Of a DNA stretch of 64,000 nt, positions 32,387-43,637 are shown piece after piece. The position numbers and the translations under genes were made by a program. The stretch covers positions 160,001 through 224,000 of the forward strand of contig CAWEXU010000004.1 in the NCBI GenBank assembly GCA_963813075.1, in the 5' to 3' direction. Each line of letters opens with the position of its first letter. Position 1 is the first letter of the stretch. The notes below the pieces were generated by a model, which did not search any database, was not told the origin of the DNA, and saw only the letters and a list, made by a program, of their open reading frames with translations. The stretch is from Methanotrichaceae archaeon (GTDB lineage: Archaea > Halobacteriota > Methanosarcinia > Methanotrichales > Methanotrichaceae).

Positions 32387-33165
32387 TGCAGGTTAAAGAT
32401 ATTATGACTGAACCCGTTACTATCGATAAATCTGAACGGGTGGGCCATGCGCTGGATATAATGGAGAAGAACGATCTGCGCAGGCTCCTGGTCACCAATA
32501 AAGGCAAGATAGGCGGAATAATCACTACCAGACAGATTGCCCGCGTTCTTGGTGCCCGCAAATCCCTGGGCATGCCGGCCTCCTCTCTGCATGTGGCATC
32601 AGCCACTCAAGACAGCGTGATCAAGGTCCTGCCGGACATGGACATGAATGATGCCATGATCCTGTTGCAGAAGACATCGGTGCTGGTGGCAGTGGACGGG
32701 GAGAAGATCCTGGGCTGGGTCAGGCCGAGGGAGATCCTGGAAAAAGCCAATGTGAGCGGACAGGCCTACGACGCCATGCGGTATCCACTCACCGCCAACC
32801 CCAACGATAGGCTGGTTCATGCCCGGCGCACAATTCTGGACCGAGATGTGGGTAGGCTTCCCGTGGTCGAAGCAGGTCGCCTGGTAGGAATATTAACTGA
32901 AGGAGATGTGGCCAAGGCGCTGCGGGCTTTCAGGGATCTGAATGACACCGCCAGCAAACAGCATGCCCGCATCTACAATATACTGGTCTCAGATGTGATG
33001 ACCCATGATGTCAAATCCGTCTACACTGATACCCCTCTGGAGGAGGTCAAGAGCATAATCCTCAACGATAACATAGGCGGCCTGCCTGTGCTCAACCACA
33101 GAGAAGAGGTAGTGGGCATGATCACCAGGAGGTCCATACTGGATTATCTGGTGAGGACCGGATGA
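32377..33165 (+). CDS. CBS domain protein (4 CBS repeats)
   Basis: GRLPVV...GILTEGD, GGLPV...GMITRRS; start may be ATG 32386. Confidence 0.92.
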   Translation: MEVMQVKDIMTEPVTIDKSERVGHALDIMEKNDLRRLLVTNKGKIGGIITTRQIARVLGARKSLGMPASSLHVASATQDSVIKVLPDMDMNDAMILLQKTSVLVAVDGEKILGWVRPREILEKANVSGQAYDAMRYPLTANPNDRLVHARRTILDRDVGRLPVVEAGRLVGILTEGDVAKALRAFRDLNDTASKQHARIYNILVSDVMTHDVKSVYTDTPLEEVKSIILNDNIGGLPVLNHREEVVGMITRRSILDYLVRTG

Positions 33166-34283
33166 ACCTGCAAAGGGTTGCAGAAAGACTGGGAATAACT
33201 GTAGATCGGCTGGAAAGCCTGCAAGAGACGAAGATCAGTGAATCGAAATGGCCCGAGCCCCAACTGCTGAGGTTTGACAAGGAGATCTCAGGAGTTGAGG
33301 CCGGGACGGTCATTTTTAAAAACGGAGAGGTTGTATGGGGCTATCCCAGCATCCGCCGTCCTCTGGTGCTTGAAGCGGCCATAAAACGACATTTTTCCGA
33401 GACCGTGGCGGTGGAGGAGAAGATGAACGGCCACAATGTACGCATAACGTCAATAGACGGGGAGGTGGTGGCCCTGACCCGAGGGGGATTCATCTGCCCT
33501 TATTCCACGGAGGTAGCGGCAAGGCTCCTGCCGGAGGAGGTCTTCGAGAGACAGCCCAATCTGGTCTTATGCGCAGAGATGGTGGGCCCGGAAAATCCTT
33601 ACGTATCCCAGGAGGTCTATCCCACAGACAGCATAGACCTCTATCTATTCGACGTCGCCCAGAAGAACCAGCGAGGGACCGGGGGCGTCTATAAGACCCA
33701 GGAGCTGGCAGAGAAGTATGGCCTGAAGGCAACGGCATTTTTTGGGGAGTTTTCCCTGAAGACCGCTCATGAGAGGATCAAAGAGATAGTGATCAAGCTG
33801 GGCCGGCAGGGAAGGGAGGGCGTGGTGATGAAGGACCCGAAAAATAAGGTTGCCCCTCTGAAGTACACCAGCTCCGAGTCAAACTGCAGCGACCTTGAGG
33901 TGGCTTTTCGCCACTATAACGACTATGCTCTGGACTTCTTCTTATCCAGGGCGGTCAGGGAGGGATTTCAGTCTGTGGAGTGGGAGGATTCGGAGGAGGA
34001 GCGGAAGGACCGGGCCCGGCGGATTGGGGAGAGCATCCTCTTCCCACTGGCAGAGACCATCAAGAAAAAGCAGCAGAAGGAGAGCATAGTGCAGAGAGTT
34101 CAGATCCATGTCAAGAGCCTGGCCACCGCCAGAGGCTTTGAGAACCACCTGCGCAGATGCGGAATTCGGGCGATATTTGACCAGCCGCTGGCCGAGGATG
34201 ACGGCTATACCATAGGAATCACCAAGCTTATCATGAGCACAAACGATAAGACTGAAGCCCTCCTCGATGGTGAGATGTGGTGA
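33162..34283 (+). CDS. ATP-dependent RNA ligase, archaeal Rnl3/Pab1020 family
   Basis: Motif I EEKMNGHNVR, TRGGFICPYST, EMVGPENPY, REGVVMK, LKYT. Confidence 0.92.
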   Translation: MNLQRVAERLGITVDRLESLQETKISESKWPEPQLLRFDKEISGVEAGTVIFKNGEVVWGYPSIRRPLVLEAAIKRHFSETVAVEEKMNGHNVRITSIDGEVVALTRGGFICPYSTEVAARLLPEEVFERQPNLVLCAEMVGPENPYVSQEVYPTDSIDLYLFDVAQKNQRGTGGVYKTQELAEKYGLKATAFFGEFSLKTAHERIKEIVIKLGRQGREGVVMKDPKNKVAPLKYTSSESNCSDLEVAFRHYNDYALDFFLSRAVREGFQSVEWEDSEEERKDRARRIGESILFPLAETIKKKQQKESIVQRVQIHVKSLATARGFENHLRRCGIRAIFDQPLAEDDGYTIGITKLIMSTNDKTEALLDGEMW

Positions 34284-35530
34284 AGGCACAGCTTATGACA
34301 GAGATTACCGACATTGAGATGGAAGGCCATCTGATCGACTCCCAGATGCTGACCCGCGTCCTGGATAAGATCATGGACATGGGCGGGGAGTTTGAGATCA
34401 AAACCTTCCGGATAGGCGAGAAGAAGAACGATACCAGCTATGTTCAGATCACAGTCACTGGCGAGGATGCCCAACACCTGGACAGAATATTGCTGGAGCT
34501 TAATGCCCTGGGAGCGCGCCTGGTGGAGATGGAGGACGCCAAATCGGAGATAGCTCCCGGCGATATGGTCGTCCCTCGAGGATTCTATTCCACCACCAAC
34601 CACCCCACCTATGTGCGCTATCAGGGGACATGGGTGGAGGTGGAGACAAACCACATGGACTGCCTCATCGTCCTGCATGACGGGAGGGCAATATGCACAC
34701 CCATCGGCCATATCAAGAAGGGCGACCGGGTGGTGATAGGAACCGCCGGGGTCAAGGTGGTCCCGCCCGAGCGCCCCAGGGAGAAGAGCTTCTTCGGATT
34801 CATGTCCAATGAGGTCTCTTCCGAGAGGCCCAGCGGAGAGCTCGTCCGCCAGCTGGCCTGTGAGATCATCAGGACCAAGAACGCAGGAGGTAAGATTGCC
34901 GTAGTATGCGGTCCGGCGCTGGTCCATACCGGTGCTGCTCCCTCCCTGGCCAAGCTCATCCGGGAGGGGTATGTGGATGTCCTCTTAGCGGGTAATGCGG
35001 TAGCGGTCCATGATATCGAGCGCCAGCTCTTCGGCACCAGCCTGGGGATGAACTGCTCGGGAAATGCCATATCCGGAGGACACAGAAACCACCTTTATGC
35101 CATAAGCGAGATCATGGCCAGCGGCTCCATCAAGAAGGCGGTAGAGGATGGCAAGCTAAAAGAAGGGATAATGTACGAGGCGATCACCAGGGGTATAGAC
35201 TTCATCCTGGCGGGCTCCATTCGCGATGACGGGCCCCTTCCCGAGGTCATCACCGATACCGTCAAGGCCAAGGACGCCATGGACAGGGTCCTGCGAGGGG
35301 TGGACATGACCATAATGCTGGGCACAATGCTCCACTCCATTGCAGTAGGCAATCTATTGCCCTCATATGTCAAGACCATCTGCGTGGACATCAACCCCTC
35401 CACTGTGACCAAGCTGATGGACCGGGGTTCGGCCCAGGCCATAGGACTGGTGACGGATATAGGGATATTCCTGCCCCAGCTGGCAGAGGAGATTCAAAAG
35501 CAGAAGAAGATGGCAGTAACTGCGGTCTGA
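34277..35530 (+). CDS. TIGR00300 family (LOR/SDH-type ornithine cyclodeaminase-like) protein
   Basis: EGHLIDS, FYSTTNHPT, GNAVAVHDIE, LAGSIRDDGPLP, MLHSIAVGN, KLMDRGS. Confidence 0.9.
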   Translation: MVKAQLMTEITDIEMEGHLIDSQMLTRVLDKIMDMGGEFEIKTFRIGEKKNDTSYVQITVTGEDAQHLDRILLELNALGARLVEMEDAKSEIAPGDMVVPRGFYSTTNHPTYVRYQGTWVEVETNHMDCLIVLHDGRAICTPIGHIKKGDRVVIGTAGVKVVPPERPREKSFFGFMSNEVSSERPSGELVRQLACEIIRTKNAGGKIAVVCGPALVHTGAAPSLAKLIREGYVDVLLAGNAVAVHDIERQLFGTSLGMNCSGNAISGGHRNHLYAISEIMASGSIKKAVEDGKLKEGIMYEAITRGIDFILAGSIRDDGPLPEVITDTVKAKDAMDRVLRGVDMTIMLGTMLHSIAVGNLLPSYVKTICVDINPSTVTKLMDRGSAQAIGLVTDIGIFLPQLAEEIQKQKKMAVTAV

Positions 35531-35583
35531 CTGGATCGCAAATCTTTTATTCGCATATGCCCCTGTTAACAAAGTTGCGGGGT

Positions 35584-35672
35584 GCCGCCGTGGCTTAGCC
35601 CGGTTAAAGCGGCTGATTCGTAAGATAGTCCGAAAGATCAGCAGTTCATGGGTTCGAATCCCATCGGCGGCT
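35584..35672 (+). tRNA. tRNA-Thr(CGU) with 14-nt intron at 37/38 (35623..35636)
   Basis: GCCGCCG/CGGCGGC acceptor, GCTGA-TTCGTA[AGATAGTCCGAAAG]A-TCAGC, BHB central helix UUCG/CGAA. Confidence 0.94.
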
Positions 35673-35751
35673 TTATAAGCCCTTTATAAATCTTAAATAC
35701 TCACGTATATATACCCCCAGTATGTAAGGTATAAACCGGAGATACTTGAGT

Positions 35752-36303
35752 ATGGAGTCCACAATAAATATAGAGAACGTGGTGGCATCCACCAAGCTGG
35801 CAGAGGAGTTCGATCTTCATAAGATCGAGGCCGAGCTGGAGGGCGCAGAATACAATAAGGAGAAGTTCCCAGGCCTGGTATACCGGGTAAAAGCCCCCAG
35901 AGCAGCTTTTCTTATATTCACCTCGGGCAAGGTGGTATGCACTGGAGCCAAGAACGTTGAGGACGTTCGCACGGTGATAACCAATATGGCCCAGACCCTC
36001 AAGTCCATCGGTTTCGAGAATATCGATCTGGAGCCAGAGATCCATGTTCAGAATATTGTGGCCTCTGCAGATTTAAAGACAGACCTGAACCTGAACGCCA
36101 TCGCCCTCGGACTGGGCCTGGAGAACATCGAGTACGAGCCCGAGCAGTTTCCCGGTCTGGTATACAGGATCAAGGTCCCAAAAGTGGTAGTGCTCATATT
36201 CAGCTCCGGCAAATTGGTGGTCACCGGAGGCAAGTCGCCTGAGGAGTGCGAAGAGGGAGTGAAGATCGTAAGAGAGCAGCTGGAGAATATGGGGCTATTA
36301 TGA
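35752..36303 (+). CDS. tbp: TATA-box binding protein
   Basis: Two repeats NVVAS...FPGLVYR...[11 protein letters not shown] / NIVAS...FPGLVYR...[11 protein letters not shown]. Confidence 0.98.
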   Translation: MESTINIENVVASTKLAEEFDLHKIEAELEGAEYNKEKFPGLVYRVKAPRAAFLIFTSGKVVCTGAKNVEDVRTVITNMAQTLKSIGFENIDLEPEIHVQNIVASADLKTDLNLNAIALGLGLENIEYEPEQFPGLVYRIKVPKVVVLIFSSGKLVVTGGKSPEECEEGVKIVREQLENMGLL

Positions 36304-36338
36304 TTAGTTATATATGGGAAAGTTTCCAGTTATAAGCA

Positions 36339-39006
36339 ATGATCTTCCAGATCCTGGACGCCAACTATACCTATGATTCAGAGCATAAGCCCCTGGTCCA
36401 GCTGTTCGGCACCACTCCTGAGGGGCAGAGCGTAACAGTTAAGGCGGCAGGATTCCGGCCGTACTTTTATGCCAGAGCAGCGGAAGGCTGCCTGGATAAG
36501 GCGGCAGACGACCTCCGGGCCTTGGGTCTGGAGGTGGAGCTGATAGAGCGCTTCGAGCCCATAGGCTACCAGAAGGCTCCCAAAAAGATGCTCCGCATCA
36601 CCGCCGTTGACCCAAAAGAGGTCAGAAGCTTGAGGGAGAGGGTGCGCTCTCTTCCCGGCATCCGGGCGGTCTACGAGACGGACATCCTCTTCAAGAACAG
36701 ATTTCTGATCGACAAGTCCCTGGGGGGAATGGGATGGGTCGAGGCGCCAGTACCGGAATGGACCAAAAGACAGGATAACGGATCAACGCAATGGGGAAGA
36801 AACTTGCCCCCAGTGGACGTCGGCTCCATCCGTCCGGTGGAGCGGGAGGGAAATGCACCCCTGCGCTTCATGAGCTTTGATATCGAATGCCTGCCCGACC
36901 ACGGAGCGATGCCCAAAGCAGATAAATCACCAGTGATTTTGATCAGCATGGCCTTCGAGCCGGAGTATCAGGGAAACCGAGACCTGGTGCTGGTAGGAAA
37001 GGAGATCGACTGCCCCCGTCCGGACACCAGAGCCTGCCGGGATGAGTACGACCTTCTCAATCAGTTTGCCGCCATAATCAGAGACTACAATCCCGATATC
37101 CTCGCCGGCTACAACTCCAATGACTTCGATTTTCCTTATCTGCAGGAGAGGGCAAAACAGCTGCAGCTCGATTTCAGGGTGGGAAGGGATGGCAGCTCCT
37201 GGTACATTAAAAAGATAGTGAACCGAAGCGATGTCTCCATCACCGGCAGGGTGATAGTCGACCTGTTGCCCATCATCCGCTCCTCATTCAGCCTGAAGCA
37301 GTATACCCTGAGAAATGTTGCTGCGGAGCTTCTTTCCATGGAGAAGTACGATGTGAACCCCCAGGAGATAGAGGCTCTCTGGGCGGAAGATGGCAGATGG
37401 CCTGCGCCGGTTCATCAGCTACTCCCGCAGGGATGCGATCTTGGCTATCCGCCTGCTCTTGGACCTGCGGCTGATGGACAAGTTCATCGCCTTATCCCAG
37501 GCCAGCGGCTCGCTCTTGCAGGACATAGTCAACGGCGGCCAGTCAGGAATGGTGGAGAACCTGCTCTTGCGCCGCTTCCGGGAGATATCGCGGGTGGTTC
37601 CTCCCAAGCCGGATTCAGATCTCTCTGAAGAGCGCTATGTAGAAAACGAAGAGCTGAAGGGAGGGGCAGTGCTGGTGCCGGAGAAGGGTCTGGTGGAGGA
37701 TGTGGTCATACTGGACTACAAGTCGCTCTATCCCACCATCATGATGGCCCATAACCTCTGCTATTCGACAGTGGTGCTGGCTGACTCCCCCGGCCAAAAT
37801 GATATCATAACCGCGCCCTCCGGAGGGAGGTTCGTCTCCCCGGATGTATCGCCGGGGATTATGCCCGGAGTCCTGAGGGAATTGCTCGATCAGAGGACAG
37901 AGACCAAGAGGTTGATGAAGAAAGCGGGCGAAGACGAGAGGCGATTTTTGGATGCCAAGCAGTATGCATACAAGATCCTGCTGAACAGCTTCTATGGCTA
38001 TTCCGGTTACGCCCGGGCGAGGCTCTACAGTCTGGCTTTAGCCAATGCAGTCACCTCCTTTGGCCGGGAGAACATCCTGAGGACGAAGAAGATCATAGAC
38101 GATATCGGCACGATCTATGTGATCGACGGCCAGGCGGTGTTCAAGGAAAAGCTCGAGCTGGGAGCCCCCTCAGGAAAAGGATTCGACCTCAATGTGGTCT
38201 ATGGAGATACAGACAGCGTCTTCGTCCGCCTGCAGCCTCACAATTTGCCGGTAACCCTCGATGATGCGGGACTGATCGGAAAGAAGATCGCCGAGACGGT
38301 CACATCCAGCCTTCCCCAGCCGATGGAGCTGGTATTCGAGGCCTTCGCCAGGAGAGGCATATTCCTGGCCAAGAAGCGTTACGCCCTCTGGATCTTCGAG
38401 CAGATGGGCGAGGAATGGAAAGATAAGATCAAGGTCCGGGGGATGGAGACCGTGCGCAGAGACTGGTGCGGCCTGACCTCCGGGACCCTTAAGACCTGCC
38501 TGGAGCTGGTGCTCAAAGAGGGGAAGGTGAATGAGGCGGTAGAGCATGTCCGATCGGTGGTGGTCCGGCTGCAGAACCTGGACCTATCTTTGGATCCGGC
38601 GATACTGGAGGAGCTAACCCTAACCCGGAGGTACACCAAAAGCACGGGCTCGTACAAGAACAAGCAGCCGCACATCCAGCTGGTGGAGAAGATGAGAGAG
38701 AGGGGGGGACAGGTGCCGAATGTCGGAGACAGGGTGCCCTTTGTGATCACCCGGGGGAAGGGCAGAAAGAACAAGACCCTGTTTGTCGACCGGGCTGAAG
38801 ACCCGGCATTTGTGCTGGAGAACAATATCCCTCTGGATACGGAGTACTATGTGAATAAGCAGATCCTGCCGCCGGTGTTGCGCATATTCGAGACATTCGG
38901 GGTGAGCCGGGACCGGTTCTGCTCCAGCCGGGCTCAGAGCAGCCTGTTCAGCTTTGCCGATGACTGCAACAAGCCACAGAAGCAGAAGTCGCTCTTAGAT
39001 TTTTAG
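36339..39006 (+). CDS. polB: Family B DNA polymerase, frameshift near 37395
   Basis: Exonuclease FDIE, GYNSNDFD in 36339..37628; DYKSLYPTIM, KILLNSFYGY, YGDTDS in 37390..39006. Confidence 0.96.
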
Positions 39007-39041
39007 GAGATCCGGCTCATAAGATCTTTCATCTCCCTCAT

Positions 39042-39689
39042 TCAGCCTCCAGCCATTGCTTGATACAGATTCCAGGCCCCCACCGCCACGAAGTTCACCG
39101 CCACTGCCCCCAGGATAAGGCCCATCACTCGGGTTAAGACCATTATCCCGGTGACGCCCAGCACCCGATCGAAGTAGTCAGAGAACTTGAGGATGAACAG
39201 AGTTGCGGTGTAGGTCAGGGTTATTCCCAGGATAACGACCGCCTTCTCTGCGATGCTTCCTGCCGATCCCATCAGGACCACCACCGTGGTGATGGCACCC
39301 GGTCCGGTGAGAAGGGGGGTGGCCAGGGGAAAGACGGAGATATCATCCCTGCTGTTGGCATCCTTCAGTTCCACTTCTGTGACCTTCTTCTGCTGGTGGA
39401 CCCCTCTGAGCATATCCATCGCCACCAGGAAAAGGAGCACTCCTCCAGCCACGGATAGGCTATCAGTGGTGATGCCGAAGAGGCGGAGCACGAGGTCGCC
39501 GGCCAGGGCGAAGAGGATGGCAATGATAAAGGCGACCAGTGTGGCCCTCTTATAGATATGGCTCTTTTCCTGGGGATTCAGGCCAAGGGTTAAGGTGACA
39601 TAGACCATGGTGGCCTCGACGGGGTTGACTATCACGAAGATGGAGCTGAATACGTACACGAAGTAGAGGAGCAAATCGCCTGCGTCCAT
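39042..39689 (-). CDS. MarC family membrane protein
   Basis: FVIVNP, PLATPLLTGPGAIT, RVMGLIL. Confidence 0.93.
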   Translation of the reverse strand: MDAGDLLLYFVYVFSSIFVIVNPVEATMVYVTLTLGLNPQEKSHIYKRATLVAFIIAILFALAGDLVLRLFGITTDSLSVAGGVLLFLVAMDMLRGVHQQKKVTEVELKDANSRDDISVFPLATPLLTGPGAITTVVVLMGSAGSIAEKAVVILGITLTYTATLFILKFSDYFDRVLGVTGIMVLTRVMGLILGAVAVNFVAVGAWNLYQAMAGG

Positions 39690-39711
39690 TGAATTCTCCT
39701 TTTAGATCAAC

Positions 39712-40782
39712 TCAAACAATCCAGCTCTCCCAGAGGTGGAGGACGGTTATGGAGAGGATGGCCAGAAGGCCGATGATGACCAGGGCAGTGAATGCTAGAT
39801 GCTGCTTTGACCATTTGTCCCCTGGCCGGTCCCGGGGAGATATCCCCTGCACCAGAAAGGTGCCAACTCCAGCCAGGTTGATGCTGACGATGTTCACCAG
39901 GAACAGGAGGAAGGCACCATAAGCCAGAGTGGTGTATCCCGATCCCAGGAGCAGGCCGGAGGTCACCAGCGGGGGAAGTAGGGCAACAGCCACTGCTACA
40001 CCTATAAGCGTCGCCGGAGCGCCCGAGGTGAAGGCCAGAGTTCCGGCACAACCGGAGACCAGGGCAAGGAGGACCTCGTCCAGGCCCACCACCGTTCTGG
40101 ACTCGATCTCAGGGATAGTGGGATCGACGGCTAAAATGTAGCCCATTCCTATGGAAAGGGCGGCAGCAATGGCCAGGCCAATCACATTCGTCTTCAATGC
40201 ATTCCTGGCCAGCTTGATATCGCCCAGCGCCGCGGCCAAAGATAGGGCGACATTGGGACCCAGCAGGGGGGCTATGACCATGGCCCCGATTATTATTGCC
40301 ACGCTGTTATTCCATAAACCAATGGCCGCAACTATGGCAGAGAGGATCACCAGGACCACATAGACCCTTGTCAGCTTTGCGGCAGTGGAGATATCCTCAT
40401 AAAGCTCTTCCCTGCTCAGCCGGAAGCTCTTGTTCTCCCTGTCCTCGGAGATGTCGACATCGCCGGAGGATTTCGCTTCCATCTCTTCCACCGGGAGGGA
40501 GGCCTCGACAGGGATTATATTTATCCTGAAACCCTCCTCATCCGAGAACTTCTCCTGCAGGGACTTGAGCAGACTCTCGCTCTCCTCGGCAAAGACGAGG
40601 ATCTTCACCAGGATCTGTTCCTCTGAGAGGCGGCTATACATCACCCCCCTCACCGGATGCTTCCAGACCCCGGTGATATGCTGCATTCTAACGTCTAAAG
40701 CTTCCTTTCTCTCGCTGAGCAGCTCTTCGATCTGCTCTTTTTTTCCTTCGGGAAGGGTTATCTCAATCGAACGCAGGGCCAT
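39712..40782 (-). CDS. TIGR00341/DUF389 family membrane protein
   Basis: IIGAMVIAPLLGP, GVAVAVALLPP. Confidence 0.9.
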   Translation of the reverse strand: MALRSIEITLPEGKKEQIEELLSERKEALDVRMQHITGVWKHPVRGVMYSRLSEEQILVKILVFAEESESLLKSLQEKFSDEEGFRINIIPVEASLPVEEMEAKSSGDVDISEDRENKSFRLSREELYEDISTAAKLTRVYVVLVILSAIVAAIGLWNNSVAIIIGAMVIAPLLGPNVALSLAAALGDIKLARNALKTNVIGLAIAAALSIGMGYILAVDPTIPEIESRTVVGLDEVLLALVSGCAGTLAFTSGAPATLIGVAVAVALLPPLVTSGLLLGSGYTTLAYGAFLLFLVNIVSINLAGVGTFLVQGISPRDRPGDKWSKQHLAFTALVIIGLLAILSITVLHLWESWIV

Positions 40783-41021
40783 TATTCACTCCAGCCATTG
40801 TATAGATTTATGAGCATGCATCCAATGTGGTTGGATCAAAGACGGCTTACGGGCAGCTGATCGCCGCCGAACCCATGAACCTTTTGCAGCCGCCTCCTTG
40901 TCCAACGGTTGAATGAAGCAGCTTCCTTATAAAATCTGCCTTGAGAGGTCTGGGCCCGGATGTGGACGAGAGGAATGGCGTTTTATACCTAAAAAATCAG
41001 TCCATCGGTGGTGTGAAGGCC

Positions 41022-42905
41022 ATGGCAGAAAAAGGATCCATTCTATTGGCTGTTTTGCTTGCATTCATCGTATTCGGAGGCCAGGCAAATGGTGATATCA
41101 CCGTCAATCCAGGCGATCGAATTCAGAAGGCTATAGACTCTGCTGCCCCAGGAGAGACCATACTGGTCCAGAGCGGCAGCTACAATGAGAGCCTGGTGGT
41201 GGAAAAATCGCTCGTCCTCCAGGGTGTAGACACTGGCAGCGGCCAGCCTCAACTGCAGTCCGATGAGGGGCCGGCCATAACCCTGACGGCGAGGGGGATA
41301 ACCATTGAGGGATTTTCGGTCAGGAGCCCGAGCGGCGGGAGTGAAGGCATCGGCATACTCGTTCATTCCAATGACAATCTGATAACAGGCAACATTGTCC
41401 AGGGCTGCGTGAATGCAGGAGTTGTACTGAACCGGGCCATCAATAACACCATCCAGGACAATCTGATAGAAAGGAACGGCAATGAGGGGATATACCTGAA
41501 AAACTCCAGCCGAAACCGCCTGGAAGGAAATCGGGTTATGGAAAACGGATACGGCCTGAGGCTGGATGATTCCCATACCAATCAGATAATCGGCAATTTC
41601 TTCCAGAATAACAAATTCGAGGCCATATCTCTGTGGGCCAGCCACTCCAATCTGATTGAAGGCAACTATGCCGAGGATAATGAGGAGGGTGTGGCGATGG
41701 AAAAGAGCCGGAGCAACAAGGTGCACAGAAACGATATTCTGGGAAATGAGAAGGGCATCTCTATCTCGAGTCAGGAGTCCTCTGCAGCGATCTCTGCAAA
41801 GGGAAAGGGAGTATTCATATCCTATAATGCCACCCCATCCGGGCCTTTGACCTACTCTAATAATAGCATCTATCTGAACAACCTATCTAATAGTGAGAAT
41901 GCTTATGACGATGGCCTCAACCGCTGGGACAACGGCCTTATGGGCAACAATTACAGCGACTTCAATGATCCTGAGGAGGGCTGCAGTGGGAGGAAGATCT
42001 GCTCCACCCCATATACGATACCCGGCGGCCCCAGCATAGACGAGTACCCCCAGGCTTCACCAGTTTCTGAGCCCGGCCTGGCCAGCGGCAGAGGTGGTGC
42101 TTTCATGCAGATTGCCGGCACAGGTTTCCTCCCCGGTGAGCAGATCAAGCTGAACTATACCACCGCAGAGGGTATCGAGGCCTGGGTTGTCCTCCGGTCC
42201 ATAGGTCCGGATGACGAAAACACCTCCCAGGATATCCATCTGGGAATGAACACCTCGGGAGAGATCTCATTGACTGCTCCTCAAGAGACTGGCTCCTACC
42301 AGCTGATAATGCACGATGCCAATTCCACAGCCATAATCACTCTGCCATTCAATGTCTCCATCCCCCAGATCAGTGCGTCGCCGTCCTCGGTATTAACCTG
42401 CGAGGAGGTGACCGTCTCCTTCCAGGGAGCGCGGGGAGGGGAAAAGGATTGGATTGGCATGTACCGGGCAGACTCGTCAGATGCCCTTTCCAGCCAGAGC
42501 CTGACCGGAAGGGAAAAGGGTGCGGTCACTTTCACTGCTGAAGAGGCGGGAAGCTACATCTTCAAGCTTTTTGCCACGGGAGAAGCCACCCCAATGGCAT
42601 CAAGCAACCAGGTCGAGGTGCGGGTTAACTCAGGCCATAAAGTGGTTGCCGAGCCATCCCAGGTGGGTCCGGGGGGGACGGTCACCGTTACCTACTGGGG
42701 GGCGGCACCGGCAAGCGTCATCGGCATGTACGGCATTACCAGTCCGGACAAGTTCGACTCGGGGAAGCGTTCCACCGGAGGCAAGAGCTGCGGCAGCATG
42801 GTCTGGCAGCTTCCCTCGAAGCTCGGGCAGTACGACTTCCGGATGTTCGGGGATGACGTCAACCGGCCCATCCTGGCCTATAGCAATGCGGTGACTGTGG
42901 CATAA
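41022..42905 (+). CDS. Secreted right-handed beta-helix (NosD/CASH) protein with C-terminal Ig-like repeats
   Basis: Signal peptide, IQKAIDSAAPGETILV, Asn-rich NNTI/GN repeats, GNNYSD, DWIGMY repeats. Confidence 0.85.
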   Translation: MAEKGSILLAVLLAFIVFGGQANGDITVNPGDRIQKAIDSAAPGETILVQSGSYNESLVVEKSLVLQGVDTGSGQPQLQSDEGPAITLTARGITIEGFSVRSPSGGSEGIGILVHSNDNLITGNIVQGCVNAGVVLNRAINNTIQDNLIERNGNEGIYLKNSSRNRLEGNRVMENGYGLRLDDSHTNQIIGNFFQNNKFEAISLWASHSNLIEGNYAEDNEEGVAMEKSRSNKVHRNDILGNEKGISISSQESSAAISAKGKGVFISYNATPSGPLTYSNNSIYLNNLSNSENAYDDGLNRWDNGLMGNNYSDFNDPEEGCSGRKICSTPYTIPGGPSIDEYPQASPVSEPGLASGRGGAFMQIAGTGFLPGEQIKLNYTTAEGIEAWVVLRSIGPDDENTSQDIHLGMNTSGEISLTAPQETGSYQLIMHDANSTAIITLPFNVSIPQISASPSSVLTCEEVTVSFQGARGGEKDWIGMYRADSSDALSSQSLTGREKGAVTFTAEEAGSYIFKLFATGEATPMASSNQVEVRVNSGHKVVAEPSQVGPGGTVTVTYWGAAPASVIGMYGITSPDKFDSGKRSTGGKSCGSMVWQLPSKLGQYDFRMFGDDVNRPILAYSNAVTVA

Positions 42906-43043
42906 GGCAGACCGGACGGGTGGCCCTGACTGCAGGGCCCATCCGGTCCAAATCCACCGTTTTTACAGCAAAACCCATACACAGAGAACTAGTCTGTGCA
43001 ATAAAGCTAGTTATTTATGCAAATAAGATGCATATAATAGCTG

Positions 43044-43637
43044 ATGATCGACCTTCTCTTGCTTCTAATTATCCTGGCAGCTCTTGCCGCGGCCGGCTAC
43101 TATATGATGACCTACAACCGCTTGCAGAGCCTGAGAAATGGCGCTGATGCCACCCTCTCCCAGATCCGGGTGGCCATGAAAAAGAGGCTGGACACCATCG
43201 AGCAGCTCGTGGACTCCATCGAGAGCTATGCCCATTTTGAGAGGCAGGTCCTGGAGAAGATCACCGGGATGAGATCAGGGCTCCAGGGAGCAGGGACCGA
43301 AGAATTGGGAAGAATGGAGAAGGAGAGCCGGGGGATCTCGGGCAACATCCGCATGGTGGCAGAGAGCTATCCAGACCTGAAGACCTCTCAGGCAACGATC
43401 AACTCCATGAATGCCATCCGAGAGCTGGAGGATGAGATAGCCAGACACCGGTACACTTACAACAATATCGTTCAGGAGTTCAATACCATGCGCGACACAT
43501 TCCCCTCTCGCTGGATCGCTGCCTCCATGCCCAGGCTCGACTACCTCAACTTCGAGGAGGATGAGCTGCGCCGGGCGGGATACTATACCGGAGAGGAGAC
43601 TGAACCGTCCCGGCCGGAGGGGAAGTGGAAGGTCTGA
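43044..43637 (+). CDS. lemA: LemA family protein
   Basis: N-terminal TM, YNRL, ESYPDLK, LEDEIARHRYTYN, TFPS. Confidence 0.92.
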   Translation: MIDLLLLLIILAALAAAGYYMMTYNRLQSLRNGADATLSQIRVAMKKRLDTIEQLVDSIESYAHFERQVLEKITGMRSGLQGAGTEELGRMEKESRGISGNIRMVAESYPDLKTSQATINSMNAIRELEDEIARHRYTYNNIVQEFNTMRDTFPSRWIAASMPRLDYLNFEEDELRRAGYYTGEETEPSRPEGKWKV

